A stretch of 64,000 nucleotides of DNA, taken from positions 5,541 to 69,540 of the forward strand of contig JAQWFB010000001.1 of assembly GCA_028704635.1 (NCBI GenBank). The letters are read 5' to 3'. The notes beneath the pieces are model-generated. The model saw only the letters and a list, made by a program, of their open reading frames with translations, ran no database searches and had not been told where the DNA came from. Both the position numbers and the translations under genes were made by a program. This document shows positions 8,681 to 18,274 of this stretch, piece by piece; the first letter of the stretch is position 1; each line of letters opens with the position of its first letter. Origin of the DNA: Candidatus Shapirobacteria bacterium. GTDB lineage: Bacteria; Patescibacteriota; Microgenomatia; UBA12405.

Positions 8681-11317
8681 ATGAATTGGGAAAAAATTGA
8701 AGAATCCATTTTATTGTCATATCCTTTTTTCCGGAACTTAAATAGCAAAACTCAATTAACTTCCGGAGTACATCCTTTTGTGTTGTTGAATTCCTACCTA
8801 TGTATAAAATCCATTGAAACTTCACTTCCAAAAAAATTGTTAATAATTCTGCCTTTTAAAGCAGACATCGCCAAATGGGTATCTGTTGTGACAACTTTAA
8901 AACTTCTTAAGGAAGATTCCCTTGCTAACCAAGACATTAAAATAGAATATTTACCTGGGCAAAAACTACTTATCAATGGAGTTGTAGTCGAGTTTGTTGG
9001 AGAAGAAAATAATCCTTCCTACGGTTACCGCTTTATCATACGTTACTGGAACGATGATAAAAAACACCCTGGATACATTACGGACCATATACCTTGTGAA
9101 AATAACCAGATGTTTGAGATGGCAGACCAGAATTGTGAAATTAGTTCATATTCTAAGGTTGTAAAAGCATTGTTAGGTCTTGAAGAATCAAGTGTAGTTA
9201 CAAATGATATTCTTGGAATAAATTTTAGAAATACAATATCTAGATTTGAACGTAATGTAATCTTGGTATCTGGAATTGGAGAGACAAAAAGATTTGCGGA
9301 AATGAATACTGTTAACAATGTATTGGTCAGTGAGTTATTTCCGTGGGGTAAGTTGGATTACACGGGCGACACAACAGCATTATTTTATAAGGAAAAAGCA
9401 AAACCAAACTGCATCATTAGTTCCAATATGTTCGGAATCGAAGAATATATATCAAAAAAAGGAAAAAATTATGGAATTATTATTGATGGTATCGATAAAT
9501 GCACTGACAATCTCCAACAATTAGATGATTTGATCGACTCTGGAAATAGGATTGTTGTATTTTGCGACAGAAATGAACTCGATGAAGCGAATAAGTATTT
9601 AATTAATAGGGATTTCCTCGTTTGGTCATGGGATAAAAAGATGATTGCAGGGTTAACTTCAACTTTGTCTATTGGAGACATTAATAAGTCTTTCAATACC
9701 CAGTTAAAAAATTACTCTGAGTTGGGTATTAAGGTATTAAAAAGTAATAACCCAATAATTGAAGAATTAATCAATATTTCGTCTCCTGTTTTAAAAATTA
9801 ATCCAGAAGATTCAGGTCTTATTAATAAATTTAAATTCAATCTACTCTCTGCGATTAATGAAATAATTAGATTGGGATTTATACCCGACAACGAATATTT
9901 AACTAGTTTTCTAAAAAAATTGGAGGAATTAAAAAAAGAATACGGATTAATTAGCAACATGGCCAGCAATGATACTCGTGTTGGACTTACGAAAATTTTA
10001 GACATGTTAACAAATCTGAAAATTAATGATTTTGCTCACCCAGAAAGCAAAGCAAATAAAATTATTTCCTGGTTTAACAACTTGAGTGGTGACGACAAAA
10101 ATAAAAAATACATAACAATCTTTGATGACTTGAACCCCGCTCGACTTCACCAAGATCACTTCGCAAATTCAATCGATAAAGAAATAAAACTAGAAACGAT
10201 AGCTTTTGAAGATTTTATTATCTCCCACAATTTTGAAGAAGATGCCGTTATTTTTACCGGATGGCCAGGTAAAAAAAAGATGAAAATAATATCAAATATC
10301 AATGCGGCAAAAAATATGTTGTTTTTTCTGTATCCTCAGGAACAAAAATGGTTCAACTCATATATCAGAAACACCGAAAAATATAGCTTTGGAAAAAATG
10401 AACTTGATAAATTTGCGGAATATCTGGATGTACCAGTTATTGAAGAATTAAAAACAGCATTAACAGAGTACTCTGATCAAACGGAAAACATAATTGGAAT
10501 TGATGACATAACAGAGGCACAAGATACCTTATTAATAAGCTCATATTTACCAGACGATAATGAATGTAACAATCCAATACCGTCTAAATTAGTTGTTTTT
10601 AATAGAGATTATTTCTGGTACTCAACTGAGAACCATCGATTCATTGTTATTACGGATTTGATTGCTAATTGTACTGATGGACAAATAAAAACTTCAAGAC
10701 CAGAGGGTCTTCATGTGGGCGATACTGTTTTGATTAGGGAGTCAAATAAAGATTTAATCAGGGAAATTGCTGAAATTGATTTAAAAAATAGAGATGAAGA
10801 ATGGGCTATCGAAAAATCTAAAGTCTGGAAAGATGCACTGAAAACCGAATACAAAAAACAATATGAAAATATTTTTCGTTTAATCAGTGTGTTAAGAGAA
10901 GCTGGATGTAATAGACAAGTTCAAACCATTAAGCTTTGGCTCTTTGAAGATGACCGTATTGGTTTAAGGGATGAAAAGGATCTCGAATATATAGCGAAAG
11001 CAACTGGTTCAAAGGAAATGATTAATAACCTGGACAAAATTCGTGAAGCAATACATCTTGTCCGGGCAGCACATTTAAGAGCAGGTGACACACTCGCGAA
11101 AGAGCTTTTGAACCGATTGCCCGATGTTCTTAATGGTACAGGAAATAAAATCAGGTCAAGTATCGATCTTGGAGAATATGGTACAGCCTTTTTACTTAAG
11201 GTTATTGTTGTTGCCGATGACTATATTGATATCGAAAGTATTAAAGTTAATAAGTTACTAAATAAAAACAAATCAAATGATCAGACTCATACCTCCACTG
11301 TTGTCTTCAGAAAATAA
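8681..11317 (+). CDS. large hypothetical protein, first gene of the helicase/DUF1998 operon (DrmE-like by position only)
   Basis: 878 aa with no recognisable catalytic motif. The 3' end overlaps the next gene by 41 nt. Confidence 0.5.
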   Translation: MNWEKIEESILLSYPFFRNLNSKTQLTSGVHPFVLLNSYLCIKSIETSLPKKLLIILPFKADIAKWVSVVTTLKLLKEDSLANQDIKIEYLPGQKLLINGVVVEFVGEENNPSYGYRFIIRYWNDDKKHPGYITDHIPCENNQMFEMADQNCEISSYSKVVKALLGLEESSVVTNDILGINFRNTISRFERNVILVSGIGETKRFAEMNTVNNVLVSELFPWGKLDYTGDTTALFYKEKAKPNCIISSNMFGIEEYISKKGKNYGIIIDGIDKCTDNLQQLDDLIDSGNRIVVFCDRNELDEANKYLINRDFLVWSWDKKMIAGLTSTLSIGDINKSFNTQLKNYSELGIKVLKSNNPIIEELINISSPVLKINPEDSGLINKFKFNLLSAINEIIRLGFIPDNEYLTSFLKKLEELKKEYGLISNMASNDTRVGLTKILDMLTNLKINDFAHPESKANKIISWFNNLSGDDKNKKYITIFDDLNPARLHQDHFANSIDKEIKLETIAFEDFIISHNFEEDAVIFTGWPGKKKMKIISNINAAKNMLFFLYPQEQKWFNSYIRNTEKYSFGKNELDKFAEYLDVPVIEELKTALTEYSDQTENIIGIDDITEAQDTLLISSYLPDDNECNNPIPSKLVVFNRDYFWYSTENHRFIVITDLIANCTDGQIKTSRPEGLHVGDTVLIRESNKDLIREIAEIDLKNRDEEWAIEKSKVWKDALKTEYKKQYENIFRLISVLREAGCNRQVQTIKLWLFEDDRIGLRDEKDLEYIAKATGSKEMINNLDKIREAIHLVRAAHLRAGDTLAKELLNRLPDVLNGTGNKIRSSIDLGEYGTAFLLKVIVVADDYIDIESIKVNKLLNKNKSNDQTHTSTVVFRK

Positions 11318-13001
11318 AAGTAGCGGAGAGAGAAAACTATTTAATCTTTTTCTAAAAAGTGGAAATACTGATGATTGGACTGTTCTTCACTCATTAAATC
11401 TGAGTGAACATATAAATCAAATATGTGGAGAAATTGATTTTCTTGTTTTAGCCCCAAATTTAGGTATATTTTGCCTTGAGGTAAAGTCTGGGAACGTAAC
11501 ATGTCATGATGGGCTATGGATATATCGGGATAGATTTGGTGTTGACCATAAAAGCACCAAAGGTCCTTTCGTTCAAGTCAAAGATAATATGTTTAGTTTG
11601 ATCGAGTGGGTTAAAAAAAAGACTTCTAATAATCCAAAATTAATAAACATGTTATTCGGCTACGGAGTAGTATTTCCCGATGTTTCATTCAACATCGATA
11701 GTATCGAGTATGATCGATCATCCGTGTTTGACAATATGACTGGTTCTATCGAATCTTTTATCACAACTCTAGCTGAAAATACCAAAAAAAAAGAAGAGAA
11801 CTTAGGTAGAAAAAGATATTTACCATCACTAAAAGATATTGAAACTCTGGTCAGTATTCTAAGGCCTGAATTTGAAGTTTTCAGGAGCACTAAGGACATT
11901 TTAAATGATACCGAAGAAAAAATTAGTTCTTTCACGGAAGAACAATATAAATGTCTTGATTCTCTTAAAGATAATCCCCGTTGTTTATTTAATGGAGCCG
12001 CTGGAACTGGAAAGACGGTCATTGCCGTCGAATCCGTTAAAAGAAAAGTTTTTGATGAAAAGAGAGTGTTATTTATCTGTTTCAATTCTTTATTAAGTGA
12101 ATGGTTAAAATCCAGATTCACAGACAGTGAAAAAAAGTTTGTCACAATCGAAACACTTCCAGGTTATATGGAGAAAATAGCAGCCATTCCAGAATATATT
12201 AAACGCGACAACTATTATTTTGACCACGTATTACCAACAAAAGCCGCAGAATTGATTGTAAAAGACTTTAGTAAATTTGACTATCTGATCGTTGATGAGG
12301 GTCAGGACATAATTAGCGAAGTAAATTTTGCTTTTCTTGATAAGGTCTTAAAAAATGGAATAGCAAAAGGTTTCTGGGAAATTTATTGTGATATGGACCG
12401 TCAGTCATTATTTGCAAAACTATCACCAAAATTAATGAGAGAAAAAATCTCAAAATGGTCACCCAATGGTTTTGTATCTTATAAACTGAACATCAATTGC
12501 CGTAATACTAAAAATATTGCCGAGGAAATTTCTCTGGTATGCGGGTTTGAAAAAGACCAACTATTGCCAGGTAATATTGAGGGAAATCTACCGGTAAACT
12601 ATAAGTTTGTTGATCATGATCAGATTCCTTTTGAAATAGACAAAATAGTGGATTTTGTTTACTCAAAAAAGATTCCTTTAAACAGGATAACAGTGCTATC
12701 ACCAAAAAAATATCAGCTATCTGAGGCCTCCAAGATAAAAAGTAAATGTACAGTTTTAGAACGTAACAATCTATTTTCAATACCAGTCGATTCAATAACA
12801 TTTTCAACTATCGGAAAATTTAAAGGGTTGGAAAATTCTTTTATAGTTGTCACAGACTTTGATTCTATTGAAGAAGACTGTTTGGAAAAACTTTACGTCG
12901 CCATGTCTAGGGCAAAATATGGTCTATATTTGATTATGGGAAAAGAAGCCGAAAAAGATTATGATTCCATTGTTAGTAAAGTTAATAGCGTACAAAGATA
13001 A
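11277..13001 (+). CDS. NERD nuclease-related domain fused to UvrD/PcrA-like SF1 helicase core
   Basis: NERD: GEIDFLVLAPNLGIFCLEVKSG. Walker A NGAAGTGKTV, Walker B LIVDEGQDI, C-terminal LYVAMSRAKYGLYLI (UvrD_C motif). Confidence 0.7.
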   Translation: MIRLIPPLLSSENKSSGERKLFNLFLKSGNTDDWTVLHSLNLSEHINQICGEIDFLVLAPNLGIFCLEVKSGNVTCHDGLWIYRDRFGVDHKSTKGPFVQVKDNMFSLIEWVKKKTSNNPKLINMLFGYGVVFPDVSFNIDSIEYDRSSVFDNMTGSIESFITTLAENTKKKEENLGRKRYLPSLKDIETLVSILRPEFEVFRSTKDILNDTEEKISSFTEEQYKCLDSLKDNPRCLFNGAAGTGKTVIAVESVKRKVFDEKRVLFICFNSLLSEWLKSRFTDSEKKFVTIETLPGYMEKIAAIPEYIKRDNYYFDHVLPTKAAELIVKDFSKFDYLIVDEGQDIISEVNFAFLDKVLKNGIAKGFWEIYCDMDRQSLFAKLSPKLMREKISKWSPNGFVSYKLNINCRNTKNIAEEISLVCGFEKDQLLPGNIEGNLPVNYKFVDHDQIPFEIDKIVDFVYSKKIPLNRITVLSPKKYQLSEASKIKSKCTVLERNNLFSIPVDSITFSTIGKFKGLENSFIVVTDFDSIEEDCLEKLYVAMSRAKYGLYLIMGKEAEKDYDSIVSKVNSVQR

Positions 13002-16000
13002 ATGCCTTTTAAAGACCAATTAATCGATTTTCTTAAAAAGGGTCTAATGGGACCAAATCCAACAGAGGGTAATGTTCAGGAAAACGGCGAAGAAATAATA
13101 ATAGGTAGCAATCCTTGTGATAGATATTCACTTGGAGTTCTTTTCCCGCAAAGTTCAAATACTCCTAAAAAAGATGAAATTGAGGATATTGGAAGTGAAG
13201 AAGCAACTGAAGAAGTAGTTAATCTCGCAAATTCCATGGCTCCTTCTGCTATGGGATTTAGTTGTGGATTAATATCCCCATTTAATGATCTGATAATAGA
13301 AATAAAGGCTGGGACTTATCAAAAAGTCGATGATTATGAGAGTTCTGGAAGATACGCTTTTTTAAGGCATCAGATAAATTATGAAATAAAAATCAGCAAA
13401 GAATCATTATCAGCATGTGATGGTATTCTGCATTTTCCCATAAAAAACGGTGATGAGGAAACAAAATTAGGTTTAATACTTTTGAGAAGAAAAATTGGAT
13501 CCTTAACTCATGGAGAAGACCTGTTTACATTTTCTTTAGTCAATTATAATAACGAAGGACGTGATGAAAAATGTTTTTTCCAATGTCAGTTTATCGTTAA
13601 GTCTGTTGACGGAAAACCCTGTTTTGCACCTTACCCCGATATTTCTGAGGCTTTTGGCAACGACTATGACCGTCTTTTAAATGCATATCTGTATCGGGAT
13701 AAAAAGACTTTCGCAATAGGGCATGGATGCTCTCCGCTATGGAATGACACAAAGAACGATGTCTCAGAAATATGTGCAAATGCAATACCTTCATATGAAA
13801 TGAAACCAGTTATCCCTACAACTATTGAAGGTTGTTCACTTGGAATGTATGAAATGAGTGATGAAGGTAAAGTTGAAAATATTTTTGAAAAGATAGAAAC
13901 ACTTTGCCGTGAATATGAAAATTGGATTAATGGTCAACAAAGAATAATTGAAGTAGAAACAAATATAAAGTATAAAGAAATCGGTCAAAAAAACATCCTT
14001 AATTGTAAGATGTGTCTTGATAGAATGCGTGAGGGATTTACATTGTTGAAAACCGATTCGGTAGTATTGGAAGCGTTCCGTTTAATGAATCGGGCTATGT
14101 TGTTACAACAATTGCATTACAAAATTGATTTAAGGATTTGGGATGATAATGACGACATTGTCCAAGTGAAAATGCCTAAGTTGAACGACAAAAGCACCTG
14201 GCCTGACAAAGTTGGTAATTGGTATCCGTTTCAGTTGGCTTTTATCTTAATGAACTTGGACTCTATGTCTGATCCCAGCAGTAAATATCGGGAAATGGTC
14301 GACCTGATTTGGTTTCCTACTGGAGGCGGAAAGACTGAAGCATATTTAGGCTTGACTGCTTTTACTATCTTTCTAAAGAGATTGACTGATAAAAATGATG
14401 ACGGAACAACTGTTTTAATGCGATATACCCTGAGACTACTTACAAATCAGCAATTTCAAAGAGCGTCATCCTTAATATGTTCATGCGAATACATTAGGTC
14501 ATCAATTCCACAAAAATTGGGTGAAACAAAAATTACTATTGGCCTTTGGGCAGGTAGTGGTTTAACTCCTAATACTAGACCAGAAGCAGTCAGTAAATTT
14601 AAAAAATTGCTACAGGGACAGGATGATGTAAATTGTTTTTTAATCGATAAATGTCCATGGTGCGGTGCTCAAATGGGTTTTATTAAGAAAAAAAACATAA
14701 AAGCTAAAGGTTATAGGCAAATGTTACACCCGTCAACTGTTATTTTTCGCTGCTCAGACCAGGAATGTTTTTTTTCACATGAGGAAAGTCCTCTACCTTT
14801 ATTAGTAATTGATGAAGATATTTATGATAATCCTCCATCGTTGGTTATCGGAACAATAGATAAATTTGCAATGTTAGTTTGGAAACCAGAATCTGTACGA
14901 AAAATATTTGGATTTAGGGATAACGGAAGAGTTTTGCCGCCATCATTAATAATCCAAGATGAATTGCATTTGATTTCTGGCCCCCTTGGGTCGATTGCTG
15001 GAATGTACGAAGTATTAATTGAAGAATTATGCTCCCAGAAAAATAGTAGTGGAATAATAAAACCTAAAATTGTTGCCTCTACTGCTACTGTTAGTAGGGC
15101 CAAAGAACAGGTGAATGCCCTTTATGGCCGAGACGTTTTTATTCTTCCGCCACCAGCAACTAAAGCAAATGATTCTTTTTTTGCTAAAGAAGCCGTCGAT
15201 TTGCCAGGAAGAACTTATTTAGGCATCTATGCTCCATCGTTAAGTCATGCAACCGCTCATGTCAGAACGGTTTCTTTCCTATTGGAGGGAGTAAAATATA
15301 TACCAGCAGATCCGACTGTTAAAAACTATTATTGGACTTTATTGGATTACTTTAATAGTCTTCGGGAACTTGGGCATGCCAAAACAAGGATATCAGCAGA
15401 TATTCCAGAGTATCTGAATATTGTATATAGTTATCTTGGCCTGTTTCATGCTTCAATAGAGGAAAAGGCTAAACGAAGATTTATTAATCCAAGCAAATGT
15501 CCAGAGTTAACCAGTCGTGTAGACGAAATTTCTAAAGCTCTTAATGATCTAAAAGAACCATATTTATTGGAAAATTCTAAAGCATTGGATATTTGTCTTT
15601 GTACTAATATGATTTCCGTTGGCATTGATATTGATAGGTTAGGTTTAATGACTGTAGCTGGACAACCAAAGACAACAGCCGAATATATCCAAGCCACCAG
15701 CCGTGTTGGAAGAAGTAGTAAGGGACCAGGTTTGGTTGTAGCTATATTTAATACCCCTAAACCAAGAGATAGATCTCACTATGAAAATTTTCTCTCTTAC
15801 CACTCAAAAATTTATAGCTTTGTTGAGCCTACCAGCATCACTCCATTTTCCAGACCAGCAAGAGAAAGAGCTTTGCATGCACTTTTAATCGGATATATCA
15901 GATATTTTGGTTCCACAGACAATCTTTTATCTCCAAAAAACATTAGTGATCAGAATATATTTACCCGTTTTACAGAAATGATTAAAAATAGAGTTATAAA

Positions 16001-16265
16001 AATTGACCCAGATGAAATGGAAGGATGTTTAACAGAAATTGATAAATTAAAACGGCGTTTGTTTAGATTACATGCCGAAAAATACTACGGTAACGGTATA
16101 GAAAGATGGGCAAATTGTCTTATCTATCCCTATGGTGTAGTTCCTCCAGATTCTGATACAAGAAACAGAATGTGGCCCACACTTCAGTCGATGAGAAATG
16201 TAGACCTGACTTGTCAGATAGAACCAGATACTTATTATTTAGATCCTCCAGATGTCACAATATAG
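13002..16265 (+). CDS. DrmA-like DExH-box SF2 helicase with internal Cys4 insertion
   Basis: Motif I WFPTGGGKTEAYL, motif II IIQDELHLISG, motif III STAT, motifs V/VI GIDIDRLG...YIQATSRVGRS. A CPWCGAQ...FRCSDQEC zinc knuckle lies between motifs I and II. The start abuts the previous stop. Confidence 0.7.
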   Translation: MPFKDQLIDFLKKGLMGPNPTEGNVQENGEEIIIGSNPCDRYSLGVLFPQSSNTPKKDEIEDIGSEEATEEVVNLANSMAPSAMGFSCGLISPFNDLIIEIKAGTYQKVDDYESSGRYAFLRHQINYEIKISKESLSACDGILHFPIKNGDEETKLGLILLRRKIGSLTHGEDLFTFSLVNYNNEGRDEKCFFQCQFIVKSVDGKPCFAPYPDISEAFGNDYDRLLNAYLYRDKKTFAIGHGCSPLWNDTKNDVSEICANAIPSYEMKPVIPTTIEGCSLGMYEMSDEGKVENIFEKIETLCREYENWINGQQRIIEVETNIKYKEIGQKNILNCKMCLDRMREGFTLLKTDSVVLEAFRLMNRAMLLQQLHYKIDLRIWDDNDDIVQVKMPKLNDKSTWPDKVGNWYPFQLAFILMNLDSMSDPSSKYREMVDLIWFPTGGGKTEAYLGLTAFTIFLKRLTDKNDDGTTVLMRYTLRLLTNQQFQRASSLICSCEYIRSSIPQKLGETKITIGLWAGSGLTPNTRPEAVSKFKKLLQGQDDVNCFLIDKCPWCGAQMGFIKKKNIKAKGYRQMLHPSTVIFRCSDQECFFSHEESPLPLLVIDEDIYDNPPSLVIGTIDKFAMLVWKPESVRKIFGFRDNGRVLPPSLIIQDELHLISGPLGSIAGMYEVLIEELCSQKNSSGIIKPKIVASTATVSRAKEQVNALYGRDVFILPPPATKANDSFFAKEAVDLPGRTYLGIYAPSLSHATAHVRTVSFLLEGVKYIPADPTVKNYYWTLLDYFNSLRELGHAKTRISADIPEYLNIVYSYLGLFHASIEEKAKRRFINPSKCPELTSRVDEISKALNDLKEPYLLENSKALDICLCTNMISVGIDIDRLGLMTVAGQPKTTAEYIQATSRVGRSSKGPGLVVAIFNTPKPRDRSHYENFLSYHSKIYSFVEPTSITPFSRPARERALHALLIGYIRYFGSTDNLLSPKNISDQNIFTRFTEMIKNRVIKIDPDEMEGCLTEIDKLKRRLFRLHAEKYYGNGIERWANCLIYPYGVVPPDSDTRNRMWPTLQSMRNVDLTCQIEPDTYYLDPPDVTI

Positions 16266-18093
16266 AAAAAAAAGACCAGTAAGACAGGGACAACTTATAT
16301 CACCATGGGGTGTAGGACAAATGATACCTTTTCCAGAAGGGGACTCTCTCATGATAGCTGGACTTGATGCTTGGCAGGAAAAATATGGACATCCAGGAGA
16401 AGAGAAATACTTTGTCCAGGAGTTAAGATTGGAGAAAAGATTAGGGGTTAAACATTTTAGATTACCCCCTAATTTTATAGAGGAAGAAAGGGATCAGGCC
16501 AAGACCGTGCCTGCGATCAGATTTCCACAATGGCACTATTGCAAACACTGTGGTTCTATGGAGAAGTTAAGTATTTTTAGTACCCAATTACCCCACTGTA
16601 AAGGATTGCCATATGATGATATAAGTTGTCAAAATACACCTGAAAAAAGAAGGCTAAAGATGATACCAGTCCGCTTTGTAGTTATCTGTCCTGATGGACA
16701 TATCGATGATTTTCCATTTATGGAATGGGTGCATAGTAAAAGTAAAATGGTAGAAACCCCAGATTGTCGGTTAAGATACAAAATTAGAAGTGCTGGAAGT
16801 TCACTCGGTGCCATCAAATTAATCTGTAGTTGTGGAGCCAAGTCCAGTATGCATGGGTCATTTAATAAAGGGGGCTTAAAAAATATTTTAAAATGTAAAG
16901 GGTATAAACCGTGGCTAGGTAAAATTGAAGAATTCGATTCCGAACCGTGTGATAAGGAGTTGACTGTTGCTCAAAAAGGCGGATCAAACGTATATTTTCC
17001 AAATGTAATAAGCTCAATTTATATTCCCAGCGAATTTAGACCTGAGATTCATGAAAAATACCTTGATGAATATTGGAGTTACTTGACTGGGGTTTTAAAA
17101 AATGACGTATTAGATTTTGAAAGGTTTAAAAACGTTGCACTTAAAAACGGATTAGATCCCCAGGAGTTTTATGATAATGGGTTAAAACGCTATAAGGAAG
17201 CCACTAATTACGATGAGAGCCTTACAGAAAACGATATCGAAAAGGAAATTAGAAAACAAGAATATATTTACCTCACAGGAAATAAAAATATTGACAACGA
17301 TTATTTGACTCAAAAAACGTCACCTATTGATGGTTATAGTAAATTAATCCAAAGTTTTTGCAACCAAATATCTCTTGTTCACCGTCTTAAGGAAACCAGA
17401 GTTTTTACAGGATTTTCAAGATTAAACTCTAATGATGGTAAAACTTTATCTCAAAGAAAAAGTGAATTGTCATTAAAAAAAATTGATTGGCTTCCAGCTA
17501 TAACTGTTAGCGGTGAAGGTATTTTTCTAAAATTTAAAGACAGCCTAATCAAAACGTGGGAAACAAATGCTCTTGTAAAAGAAAGGGCAGAAATTATTAA
17601 TAACAACTTTGCTAATTATGCCCGCCAATTCAATTTACCCGAAAGAACAGTTAGCCCTGGATACATAATGGTCCACACTTTTTCCCATATTTTAATTAAT
17701 GAACTTAGCCTTGTTTGTGGATATGGAAGTTCGTCTTTAAGAGAGAGGATATATTTTAATGAAGATCAGGGCGAAAGTTATTTTGGTTTGTTGATCTACA
17801 CAGCATCTGGAGATTCTGAAGGATCTCTTGGTGGCCTAGTAAAACAGGGGTTACCCAGTCGACTAAACGAAATGATAATGTCCGCCTTAAATAAAGCAAG
17901 TTGGTGCTCGGTCGATCCAATCTGTATTGAAAGCCGTGGTCAAGGATTGGGATCGTGCAATTTAGCCGCATGCCACAACTGTGTCCTTCTACCAGAAACA
18001 TCCTGCGAACAATCAAATAGATTACTCGACCGTGCCATGTTAATCGGTACATTGGAAAACCATGAGATTGGTTTCTTTTCTAATATGGAATAA
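16252..18093 (+). CDS. DUF1998-family protein (DrmB-like), N-terminal multi-Cys region
   Basis: C-terminal WCSVDPICIESRGQGLGSCNLAACHNCVLLPETSCEQSNRLLDRAMLIG is the DUF1998 hallmark. There are 14 nt of overlap with the upstream helicase. Confidence 0.7.
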   Translation: MSQYRKKRPVRQGQLISPWGVGQMIPFPEGDSLMIAGLDAWQEKYGHPGEEKYFVQELRLEKRLGVKHFRLPPNFIEEERDQAKTVPAIRFPQWHYCKHCGSMEKLSIFSTQLPHCKGLPYDDISCQNTPEKRRLKMIPVRFVVICPDGHIDDFPFMEWVHSKSKMVETPDCRLRYKIRSAGSSLGAIKLICSCGAKSSMHGSFNKGGLKNILKCKGYKPWLGKIEEFDSEPCDKELTVAQKGGSNVYFPNVISSIYIPSEFRPEIHEKYLDEYWSYLTGVLKNDVLDFERFKNVALKNGLDPQEFYDNGLKRYKEATNYDESLTENDIEKEIRKQEYIYLTGNKNIDNDYLTQKTSPIDGYSKLIQSFCNQISLVHRLKETRVFTGFSRLNSNDGKTLSQRKSELSLKKIDWLPAITVSGEGIFLKFKDSLIKTWETNALVKERAEIINNNFANYARQFNLPERTVSPGYIMVHTFSHILINELSLVCGYGSSSLRERIYFNEDQGESYFGLLIYTASGDSEGSLGGLVKQGLPSRLNEMIMSALNKASWCSVDPICIESRGQGLGSCNLAACHNCVLLPETSCEQSNRLLDRAMLIGTLENHEIGFFSNME

Positions 18094-18274
18094 CATAAAG
18101 TAAATCCTTTATTGAGAAGTCTTAATAAAAAATGACAAATCGATATTTTAATCAGTGTGCCAAACAAATCATTTAAAAAAAAAAACGGTTCATCACGAAC
18201 AAATATAACCACTAAATAATAATCTCCGAACAACTATTTTGTGTATGATAGTAAAGTAGTAAATTACGTTCTTA

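Noticed and set aside
8681-11317. Looked for a P-loop or SNF2 motif that would make gene 1 a DrmD-like ATPase
   Set aside because: No GxxxxGK[ST] or DExx pair was found, so it is left as an orphan protein.
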